Positions 17,001 to 28,235 of a stretch of 64,000 nt of DNA are shown here, one piece after another. The stretch is from Hormiphora californensis (Eukaryota > Animalia > Ctenophora), in assembly GCA_020137815.1 (NCBI GenBank), contig CM035361.1, positions 5,208,001-5,272,000 on the forward strand, given 5' to 3'. The notes under the pieces are model-generated. The model was not told where the DNA came from. It was given only the letters and a program-made list of their open reading frames with translations, and searched no databases. The translations under genes and the position numbers were made by a program. The first letter of the stretch is position 1; every line of letters starts with the position of its first letter.

Positions 17001-19247
17001 TTTTCGATCATTGGACTTTCATAACGGCGATTTTGATCTTCTCCGTGAGAAACTCAGTGAGATAGATTGGGTTGGTCTCCGTCAGGCTACTGATTTTGAA
17101 TCCTTTCCCTCGGTTTTCACGGATACGCTTTACCAAGTATGCTGTGGTGTCTTTCCGAAGGTTAAGATTCCTCGTGGCAGACCAAATTGTTTTAACAAGC
17201 TACGTAGACGGAAAAGAAAAATAAGATGTCGGATAGCTGCTATGTTAGAGAAGGGTCAGATTGCGCGGGCTGAGGAGTTATCAGATGAGCTCTCCAAGGT
17301 GTGCTTAGAAATCAGAGATCGAGTCTTGGCCAGAAAGGACCAGCATGAGAGGCGGGCCGTGGACAAGATAAAATCTGATCCACGATTCTTCTACTCCTTT
17401 GCGAAAATGTTTGCAAAAGGTGTATCCAGTATCCCTGTTATCACGGATATCAATGGAAAAACAACCACTGACACTAAAGAAATTGCCGATCTCTTTCAAA
17501 ATCAATTCTGCAGTGTGTTCAGTAACCCAGACAACCCCAATACCCAGGATCCGGTCTTTGAATGCCCGGTTATTAAATTGGAAGACCTGGGAATCACGCT
17601 GAGTGATGACGACATTATCAAAGCGTGTAAGGATCTGGTGACAACCTCCTCTCCAGGACCTGATGGTGTTCCTGCAAAGATCCTGAAGGAGGCTGCGGAG
17701 GCTCTGTCAGTACCCATTGGCCTTATTTGGAGAGAATCTATGGACCTGAGAGTAGTGCCCGAGTTTTACAAGATGGGCTATGTAGTCCCCCTGTTTAAGA
17801 AAGGCGATAGATCTTCTCTGAAGAATTACAGACCTGTAACCTTGACAAGCCATGTGATCAAGATTCACGAGCGAATCATGAGGGAACATATGGTTAATTA
17901 TTTCGAGCGTAACGGGCTTCTATCAAAGCGTCAGCACGGCTTCAGAGCGGGGAGGTCCACACTGACCCAATTGTTGGGCCACTTCGACTGGGTGCTAAAA
18001 TCCCTATGTGATGGTAACGACACAGACACAGTCTACCTGGACTATTCCCGTGCCTTCGACAAGGTAGACATACGGCTCCTCCTCCTCAAGATCAGAAGAT
18101 ATGGAGTGCATCCACAGATTGTGGATTGGCTGGAGTCATTTCTGTCTGGCCGGAAACAAACGGTTGTGCTAGAAGGGTGTCACTCAGTAATAGCAGTAAT
18201 CATCAGCGGTGTCCCTCAGGGGACGGTGCTGGGCCCCCTCTTATTCTTGATATTTCTGAATGATTTGGAGGGTGAAGTGCTTGATGCCCTTCTAAGCTTC
18301 TTTGCTGATGACTCCAGAGTGGGCATGGAAATCTCTGTTAAGGAGGATTGCGAGAAGTTACAGAAAGACTTGGATCGTGTGCATCAGTGGGCTGAAAGAA
18401 ATAATATGAAGCTCAATGAAGAGAAATATGAGTTAATGGTGCATCGTCACAATCGATCATCTCTCATGAACCACATGCCGATGTCTGCGGTGTACTACTA
18501 CACTAGTGGTGGAGAGATCCTTCTACCATCTGATCAGCTCCGAGACTTGGGCGTTACAGTTTCTGAAGATCTCTCCTGGAGGCCGCATTATGTCAATCTG
18601 ACCACAAGAGGCAGAAGAATGTCCCAGTGGATACTCAGCGTTTTTAGTGGCAGAGATACAGTCCTCATGATAACTCTCTATAAGAGCCTAGTGAGGAGCA
18701 CAATGGAGTATTGCTCTCCTCTGTGGTGCCCCCAATTGGTCGGTGACATACAGCTCCTTGAATCGGTTCAAAGAAGGTTTACTGCCAAGATTTCTGGGCT
18801 TCAGGACAGTGACTACTGGGAACGCCTAAGAATCCTTGGACTCATGTCATTACAAAGGAGGCGTGAAAGGTACTCCATCCTACACATGCACAAGATTCGG
18901 CATGAAGCAGTACCAAATGATGTCAATGTCGCCTTCTACCGAACATCGAGGCATGGGCTGAAGGCGGTGATACCTGATCTTGCAAGGGTCAAGAGCAAGA
19001 GAAACTAGGCTGTGGAATTCATTGCCAAAAGACCTTCGAGAAATTGCAGATCAGGCTGAATTTAAGGCGAACCTGGATAGCTTCCTTCGTGAAGTGCCGG
19101 ACCTACCGCCTACACCCGGATACTCATCACAGAACAGAAACTCACTGAGCGAGTGGTGCTGTGGATCCGGAACGATAAATGTGGCGGTCCTTGGAAGGAT
19201 GGCCCTCTGATTCATAGCTACACATCAAAAGTCAAAAGTCAAAAGTC

Positions 19248-19316
<69 letters not shown>

Positions 19317-19352
19317 CCTCTCCCTATCTCTCTCTATCTCTCTTTCCTATCT

Positions 19353-19401
<49 letters not shown>

Positions 19402-22400
19402 TCTCTATCTCTCTATCTCCCAGGCGGTGCCACCTCCACAGCTCTGGTGCCTGGGTATGACGACATGGCATCGTTTATCGAAGGACCCCGATGTGAGTGT
19501 CTGAATGAGAGTGATGAACACAACTTCAGGGTAAGCGCTATTTTTAAAGGTTACAACCAGTCTTCAAAGGTTACACCAGTTTGTTAAAGGTTACACCCGC
19601 GACCTCGGAGACATCAAAGTATTATTGTCGAGCAGGAACCGACCGAATCAGGAAAAACTGGTCCCTGATTGGCTGATAACCAGTCACGTGACCTAAATAA
19701 CGAGTTCTGATTGGTTGTTTACTTGTTTCGGTCGGTTCCTGTTGTCGAGGTATATCGTACATTCATGATCGGATAAAATGAATAGAAAACAGAAAACAGT
19801 GATTCTTTCGCACCTTTTTCTGCCAGCTGCACTGTAACATTTTTTCATTCGTACCTAGGGTGCTCTAACGAAAGAGGGAGGATATCTGGAGAGTGACTGT
19901 GACGAGCAGCTCCTACTAACCCTGGCATTCAACCAACCTATTAAGTAATTAATTAACCAGCTTATCGTATCAAGTAATTTATATTGGTCTTCTATTTGCT
20001 ATTATTATCTCCCGCCCCAACCCCATTTCCAAACTACGCAATCCCTTCCTAACCCCCTATTTCCAGACTCATTGTATCCCCCCCCCCTATTCCCAGATTA
20101 CACAGTCTCATTGTATCGCCCATATTCCCAGATTGTGCAGTCTCTCAAAACCCCCTCCCTATTCCCAAATTGCACAGTCTCTCAAAACCCCCTCCCTATT
20201 CCCAAATTGCACAGTCTCTCAAAACCCCCTCCCTATTCCCAAATTGCACAGTCTCTCAAAACCCCCTCCCTATTCCCAAATTGCACAGTCTCTCAAAACC
20301 CCCTCCCTATTCCCAAATTGCACAGTCTCTCAAAACCCCCTCCCTATTCCCAAATTGCACAGTCTCTCAAAACCCCCTCCCTATTCCCAAATTGCACAGT
20401 CTCTCAAAACCCCCTCCCTATTTTCAGATTGCACAGTCTCTCAAAACCCCCTCCCTATTCCCAAATTGCACAGTCTCTCAAAACCCCCTCCCTATTCCCA
20501 AATTGCACAGTCTCTCAAAACCCCCTCCCTATTCCCAAATTGCACAGTCTCTCAAAACCCCCTCCCTATTCCCAAATTGCACAGTCTCTCAAAACCCCCT
20601 CCCTATTCCCAAATTGCACAGTCTCTCAAAACCCCCTCCCTATTCCCAAATTGCACAGTCTCTCAAAACCCCCTCCCTATTCCCAAATTGCACAGTCTCT
20701 CAAAACCCCCTCCCTATTCCCAAATTGCACAGTCTCTCAAAACCCCCTCCCTATTCCCAAATTGCACAGTCTCTCAAAACCCCCTCCCTATTCCCAAATT
20801 GCACAGTCTCTCAAAACCCCCTCCCTATTCCCAAATTGCACAGTCTCTCAAAACCCCCTCCCTATTCCCAAATTGCACAGTCTCTCAAAACCCCCTCCCT
20901 ATTCCCAAATTGCACAGTCTCTCAAAACCCCCTCCCTATTCCCAAATTGCACAGTCTCTCAAAACCCCCTCCCTATTCCCAAATTGCACAGTCTCTCAAA
21001 ACCCCCTCCCTATTCCCAAATTGCACAGTCTCTCAAAACCCCCTCCCTATTTTCAGATTGCACAGTCTCTCAAAACCCCCTCCCTATTCCCAAATTGCAC
21101 AGTCTCTCAAAACCCCCTCCCTATTCCCAAATTGCACAGTCTCTCAAAACCCCCTCCCTATTCCCAAATTGCACAGTCTCTCAAAACCCCCTCCCTATTC
21201 CCAAATTGCACAGTCTCTCAAAACCCCCTCCCTATTCCCAAATTGCACAGTCTCTCAAAACCCCCTCCCTATTCCCAAATTGCACAGTCTCTCAAAACCC
21301 CCTCCCTATTCCCAAATTGCACAGTCTCTCAAAACCCCCTCCCTATTCCCAAATTGCACAGTCTCTCAAAACCCCCTCCCTATTCCCAAATTGCACAGTC
21401 TCTCAAAACCCCCTCCCTATTCCCAAATTGCACAGTCTCTCAAAACCCCCTCCCTATTCCCAAATTGCACAGTCTCTCAAAACCCCCTCCCTATTCCCAA
21501 ATTGCACAGTCTCTCAAAACCCCCTCCCTATTCCCAAATTGCACAGTCTCTCAAAACCCCCTCCCTATTCCCAAATTGCACAGTCTCTCAAAACCCCCTC
21601 CCTATTCCCAAATTGCACAGTCTCTCAAAACCCCCTCCCTATTCCCAAATTGCACAGTCTCTCAAAACCCCCTCCCTATTCCCAAATTGCACAGTCTCTC
21701 AAAACCCCCTCCCTATTCCCAAATTGCACAGTCTCTCAAAACCCCCTCCCTATTCCCAAATTGCACAGTCTCTCAAAACCCCCTCCCTATTTTCAGATTG
21801 CACAGTCTCTCAAAACCCCCTCCCTATTTTCAGATTGCACAGTCTCATTGTAACTGGACCGGCTGATGGCCGAGCACCGAAAACCATCCGTCTCTTTATC
21901 AACACAACTGCCATTGATTTTGATAACGCCGAGAAAGGTAATGATTTCACTAAGACTTTCAACCCTTACTCAACAAAATTCTTGTAATTTATCTTAGACT
22001 AGTGATGGGGACTGTGTATTTTTGTAGTTTTCGGTGCGTAGGGATAGGTAAAATTGGCATGAAACGGCTAATTGTTGAACATTAACGATAACGTATTTTT
22101 TAAATCGCATTCATTTTATCTAGGTAACAGCGTGCAAGACATCGAGTTGACGAAGGATGAAGTGGTCACTGAAAACCATGTTATCCCCCTGAAATATGTT
22201 AAGTTCCAGAATGTTAACTCCCTCACCATATTTGTTAAGGATAACCAAGGTAACGATAACCAAGTTAGTTTAGTAATCATATATGGTAACCATGGTAACA
22301 TTACGGTAACATGTTGGTATTAGAACTCCCTTACCAATATTTGTTAAGGATAACCAAGGTAACGATATTAATTTGATAACCAAGGTAACAAATGATATTA

Positions 22401-22729
22401 ATTTTATGAAGTTTTCGGTTTCAATTGTTTTCGAATATCAGTAAAACTAAACCAATAAATTCCAATTTCTAGAAGCTGAAAAAACCCCTTATTGACTCAA
22501 TTATTGGCAGACCGGATTATAGGTCCTAACTCAAGTTGCTAAAATTCACCATATAATAGACTCTCTTAATTACATAATTTCATCTCTATAAACTCCACCT
22601 CCAAATAAACCAGGTGATGAAGAGACGACAGTTGTGAGTTACGTTGGGCTCATTGGACAATCCCGAGAAAAGACGGACATGAATGATTTCAAGAGAGTCG
22701 CTGGCAAGAAAGGGGAATCCCACGGTTAA
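14099..22729 (+). CDS. TXNL1: Thioredoxin-like protein 1 (Trx + PITH). Exons ~14099-14164, 14384-14488, 15141-15249, 15606-15672, 19424-19529, 19859-19944, 21834-21937, 22124-22249, 22614-22729
   Basis: [94 protein letters not shown]. Confidence 0.95.
14492..14663. mobile_element. Tc1/mariner-like MITE family B (TIR CAGTCGGACCCCGATTTA, TA TSD)
   Basis: ta|CAGTCGG...CCGACTG|ta. Other copies at 29912-30068, 38306-39174 (long form), 45747-45901, ~53794-53877; partials at ~27671, ~28845, 39194. Confidence 0.88.
14754..14924. repeat. 30-bp minisatellite (caccactctaagggcctttccccactccta) x~5.5
   Basis: Identical tandem units. Confidence 0.95.
15680..19249 (+). mobile_element. CR1/L2-clade non-LTR retrotransposon in TXNL1 intron 4: ORF1 remnant (~15998-16268), ORF2 APE endonuclease + reverse transcriptase (16216-19008, frameshifted tail to 19210), (TCAAAAG)n 3' tail
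   Basis: APE motifs [38 protein letters not shown] motifs [56 protein letters not shown] continues in another frame. 5' boundary approximate. Confidence 0.93.
20140..21847. repeat. 37-bp minisatellite (~46 copies) derived from the TXNL1 3' splice site
   Basis: Unit ctctcaaaaccccctccctattcccaaattgcacagt. The terminal unit (tttcag|ATTGCACAGTCTC) is the real acceptor and exon start. Confidence 0.95.
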
Positions 22730-24123
22730 ATATACACGGACAGTAATTGTGATGGGGAGAAGCTATGAAACAGGCTTTTTGTGGTGTTTTTGGTGGTGTA
22801 TTAGTTTGTTTATTTGTAAGAGATGGAAATACGTGCTCTTGGTGAATTATTATATATCGGGTCAACTGTTAGTACATTTTCGCAGGTCGAGTTTAAACCA
22901 TGTATTGTTGGTTTAGTAACCATATGGTAACATAACGGTAACTTTATGGTATTAGAAGTCCTTTATCGGGCTTTGGTCCCAAATTGGACATATATAGATG
23001 TACTTGTACTAGGTCTCAAAAGGGTGAATTTTTGAAATATATATGTTACGAGAGATAAAGAGAGCTGATATTTCTATGTAAAATGTTGGTGTATTTCTAT
23101 TCTACAATTGTACAAGTTTAGATACGCGTTTTGTTGTTCTAAATCAAGGCAATTTTGAATAATTCCAACAGTTTCTGGACTCATCAAATATCGAGGTTCG
23201 ACTCTAAAGTCTGGATGAGTTCCAGATCAGTGTCGGAATAAATCAAAATTGTCTTGACGGAATCTTGTCCAAATCCCATTTAACTTATACATATGAATAT
23301 GGATTCTAATTATACAATTACAAATTCAATTTGTTCGTTTTAAATTTGCTCGACCTACTCCAACATTCACCTTTCTTTCAGGTCACCAGATCTCTGCAAC
23401 TAACAACAACAACCATATCTTTGGGTCAACGTATGTCCAACTGACTATCACCCTTGAACGCCTGGACACAGTTTGACCTTAAAAACCGTACCGACAAGCT
23501 GTGAGTATGGGTTGTGTGGTCCCCCTCCCCCTTCAAGTTCACCCACCGTCAACCCCCAACCACCCCCTTAGGCCTAGGGTGTGCTTGAGACTTTCTATAT
23601 TTACCCTTGTCTACTGCTGCAGACATAAGAAACACATGCAGCCCGATACAAAGAAAATCAATAGCAATTAAAAGTTTGAAAACAAATTCCATAATATCGT
23701 GCCCCACAGTACTTCTTACAAGATCACCTGTCATGCATCCGGCTGATCTTTTTTCGTGCGTTCTAGGAGAGTTGTCACTGGCCAACTGTCAGAGCATTGG
23801 CCTGACCCTATTCTCATTTCTTTCTGCAAGCGGAGCGCGCGAGAACTGTGGTCAGAGCATTGGCCTGACAGTGCGTTCTAGGAGAGTTGTCACTGGCCAA
23901 TGGCCATTGGTCAGGCATCGCGATGACAGAACCTTACATGGCTCACTGCACGCAACACAAATCATATATTTACTGCCAGAGTCAGCACACACCTCTCTAG
24001 CCTCATTTCCATACAACGTCCAGTTACAGTTGGTAACCTTAGTTACTGAGTTACAGTTGGTAACCATGGTTACTGAGTTACAGTCGGTAACCATGGTTAC
24101 TGAGTTACAGTTGGTTACCATGG

Positions 24124-26036
24124 TTACTGCACGCAACACAAATCATATTTACTGCCATGCTCCTCTAGCACCTGCCTAACCTCATGTCCATACAACTTCA
24201 AATCCCCTAACCTCACAATCTCCCTCATAATGTCCTCCTGACCCGCACACTCCAACAACAGCTCCACAGTATCCTTATGCCCATGGACTGCTGCCCAATG
24301 AAGTGCAGTATACCCCTCCCCGTCCTGAGCCAGCACCACCTCCCTCACATTACCCTCCTCCCGCGACATGGCGATTATCTGCTCTGCTGCCTCGGTGTGA
24401 CCGTTAAACGTTGCCGAGTGGAGGGGTGTTGTTCCGCCGTTGTCGGTGGCAACCAGGATCTCGCCAAGCATTCCAGCATCTTGGGCGGTTTCCAAGATTT
24501 CAAATGTGGTCAAGGTGTGGCCCGCACGGGCAGCTCGATGAAGGGACGTCAGAGAGAGGTTATCTTTAGCTAGCAGGACACGTTGGAGCAAGTTTTCTCC
24601 TTTCGCAACGTTTAAAATGGCAATGACACACTCAGTTTTCCCTTTCTTGGCAGCTTGGTGTAGCGGGGTGGAGTAATACCCCTCACACGCTAACAGGCAC
24701 CTCTCAGTCAACTGAACCTCATTTGCAAACCTCATTATTTCTTCCACAACCTCCACCCTACCATACTTTGCAGCCTGGTGTAGAGGTGTTGACGTCTTGT
24801 AGGTCCCCGCGAATATGAGGTCCTCCAGGAATCCGTTGTCTTTCGCTAGCTGCAGGATGAGAGTTACACACGGGGTGTGACCGTCACGGGAGGCGACGTG
24901 GAGGGCTGTGTACTGAATATTTGGTGTACCTGGAGAGAGGGGTGATAGAGGATGGTTACTAAGTTACAGTTGGTTACCATGGTTACTGAGTTACAGTTGG
25001 TTACCATGGTTACTGAGTTATAGTTGGTAACCATGGTTACTGAGTTACAGTTCGTAACCATGGTTACTGAATTGCAGTTGGTAACCATGGTTACTGAGTT
25101 ACATTTGGTAACCATGGTTACTGAGTTACAATTGGTAACCATGGTTACTGAGTTACAGTTGGTAACGATGGTTACTGAGTAACAGTTGGTTACCATGGTT
25201 ACTGAGTTACAGTTGGTAACTATGGTTACTGAATACTGAGTTACAGTTGGTAACCATGGTTACTGTATACTGTGTAGTTACCTGATCGTAGAACTTCTTC
25301 CAGTAACTCTGGCCCCTCTTCCTGGGCAGCGTGCAGCATCAATTCCAAATCTGCCCGATGCCCATTTTCTGCTGCCCAATGTAAAGGAGAATTACCATCA
25401 CTGTTAACCGCGAGGAGGCTCTCGATTAGGCAGTTGTGTTCCCGGGCCGCTTTTAGTAGATCACCTAATAAATAGGGTTAATTAATTAATTTCCAGAATA
25501 GTTGCGTGCTCATGTTCATCTAGTCACAGTTGGTAACCATGGTTACTGAGTTACAGTTGGTAACCATGGTTACAATATTACCAACCTGTCATTTCAGTGC
25601 CATGATGAAGAACAGCCCAGAATAGCGGCGTGCCCTGTTCATCTCTCCCCGCTAGAAGATCCTCTCGGGTCACACCACCACTGAGAAGATCACGAAGCAG
25701 GATGACGTCACCGTTCTCCGCAGTTGAGATTAGGGTCAGATCTTCAATAATCTCCACCTGTAAGTGGTGGTAACTGTCAATGCTCTGACAGGGAGGGTTT
25801 CAGCACTATAATACTGGGCTGTGTTACAAAGCACTATAAAAGATCACTCAGTCCAACGTCTGATTCATTGATATTCTCCCATGCGGCCATGCGCTTGGGC
25901 CCACTACCAGTTACGAATTATTTTGGGACATGAATCATTGAATCAAAAATAGGATTAGCAATTAGTTAATGAATCAACGATTATTGTTGAGTAAGAAGGA
26001 CAAGGAGCTTACAGGTTTTGGCTCGTAAGGTTTCAT
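24124..26036 (-). CDS. Ankyrin-repeat protein ending in a CaaX-like motif (CCVQ*). Exons ~26036-26013, 25758-25587, 25464-25282, 24928-24124
   Basis: Repeated TPLHQAA, TALHVAS, TSLHRAA, TPLHSAT, TALHWAAVHGH ankyrin motifs; in-frame GT-AG joins. First exon (MKPYEPKP) is less certain. Confidence 0.85.
24955..25265. repeat. 27-bp minisatellite (gttacagttggtaaccatggttactga) built on the palindrome GTAACCATGGTTAC
   Basis: About 11 copies here, ~4 at 24020-24128 and 2 at 25525-25573. Confidence 0.9.
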
Positions 26037-26123
26037 ATCTTTGAGAATTAGAGTAGCCTCGTGACGATCAAGTGAAAGCGTTCAGCAAATGTAAACATAA
26101 AAGGCTATTATGTGTGTGGGTTC

Positions 26124-26460
<337 letters not shown>

Positions 26461-28162
26461 AACACCAGGAAAGTTTGTCTCATATTCCCTCATGATAAAG
26501 GCATATTATGCAGGCTCTGTCCCTAAAATATGGCCTACATATAATTATACATTCTCTAAGTCATACTCCGCATATTTTCCCAGGCAATTACTAAAAGTTT
26601 CAGAGTGCTACTTCCACTAAAAGTTTCAGAGTGCTACTTCCACTACTAGTGGCACTAGTACTAGTAGTACTAGTCTAGTACTTCAACCGTGGTGATATTC
26701 CCTATCCTCAGCAACATATAATTTCGTCACCCAGCACTAGCGCTGCGCATCCTCCCCTAGAATACGGACCAAATTTAGGAAACTTAGAAGACCCCAACCG
26801 AGTGGGGTGCATGCACCCATCGAAACTTCGTTGAGTTGTGACCAATGCAAATTATAGCCGTGATCAGCTGCAACTAAAATCTCCCAACACCATTTCAATC
26901 CATTGCAGCGTTTTCCGGGTTTGTTGTAGGCGGTTCTGTGCTAGGAAGTTGAAACAATACCGATCCTGGACAGACGGTGACAATCAACTGAAGCACGTGC
27001 GAGATGGTAGCCGTGAGAGGACCTGCAGTAATTCAGACAGAGAGTGGAACATTGATGCTCCTCTCTGCAGGAAACTGAGTAAGTTTGGCAGGTTCGGTAC
27101 AAATATGGGGATGGTTCAGGGATGGTTCAGGTTGTGTAATAATCTCCGCGCCACTGAGGATACTCCACTCATTAGAGGTATTTATCCACACATGTGTGAT
27201 GAGTGTCTTGGCTGTGCACATGGTGCTGCACACTGTGCACAGTGCACATCAGCCACCTTGACGTGTATTTATTTCACCATCAGTATGTCTTTAGCATCAT
27301 ACTATAGGGGCTCAAACAACTGCCACGATATATAATGCAGCTTACTCCGCTGCTTTATCAGTGACTGGTACGAGTTGTAGGGATCCTATGAGGCAGTAAA
27401 CACGGCGGGGGGGCATACGGCGTCGCTGTGGAGCGGTGTTAACTCTTTAGCCATTAACATCTGAGTTAATGGTGTTTATATCAGGAACCGACCGAAACAA
27501 GTAAACAACCAATCAGAACTCGTTATTTATGTCACGTGACTGGTTATCAGCCAATCAGGGACCAGTATTTCCTGATTCGGTCGGTTCCTGCTCGATAGCC
27601 ATTAACATCTGAGTTAATGGTGTTTATATACGTGTGATTGGTACGATCACCCCAGTTCTAATATATATTAGGACCCCGATTTACTGGGAGGATAAACTTG
27701 ACCCCGATTTACCGGGCAAAACCCTTTGCAAACGTCCTAGGATAAATCGGGGTCCGACTCTACATATTGTTTGGTGTGGATCAGTGGTCACATGACAGCG
27801 CCTTGCTCGATCATCTCTCTCTCCCCGTGCAGGGGTCACATTGATCAATGTCGGATTAGTATTTACTCCTGTCGTACTGCCCCTTTTTGCTAATAATAAT
27901 ATAGCTAGTATAGATGGGAGAGAAAGAACTATTTTCACCGGGCAGGGGGTTTGGATAATTGACATTGTTTAATGATGAACAAACGCGTGTCTTGACACGG
28001 GACAGATAGAGAGTCACAGAGTGAGAGTGGGATAGCAGCATGGATAGAGAAAGAGCTGCAAGAGCGAGAGAGATTCAGAGAGTCATAGCAGAGCCATATC
28101 AGCGCAGTGCAATATGGTTGATAATAATAGTCATTCGCCGCCCGCTCTCTCACCTCATGGTG

Positions 28163-28170
28163 CTATAAAG
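28163..28170 (+). promoter_or_regulatory. Candidate TATA box of the mosaic lectin gene
   Basis: ctataaag about 70 bp upstream of the ATG at 28236. Motif match only. Confidence 0.4.
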
Positions 28171-28235
28171 ACCTCATAGTTGATCACTAAATAAACACTA
28201 TTTCATTGTACTGCCAATAATCCAGTACTGCCAAT

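Noticed and set aside
20072-21987. Three ~600-aa ORFs
   Set aside because: Artefacts of a stop-free 37-bp intronic minisatellite; only 21834-21937 is a real exon.
26838-27335. 165-aa ORF and overlapping minus-strand ORF
   Set aside because: No recognisable domain or convincing splice structure; left uncalled.
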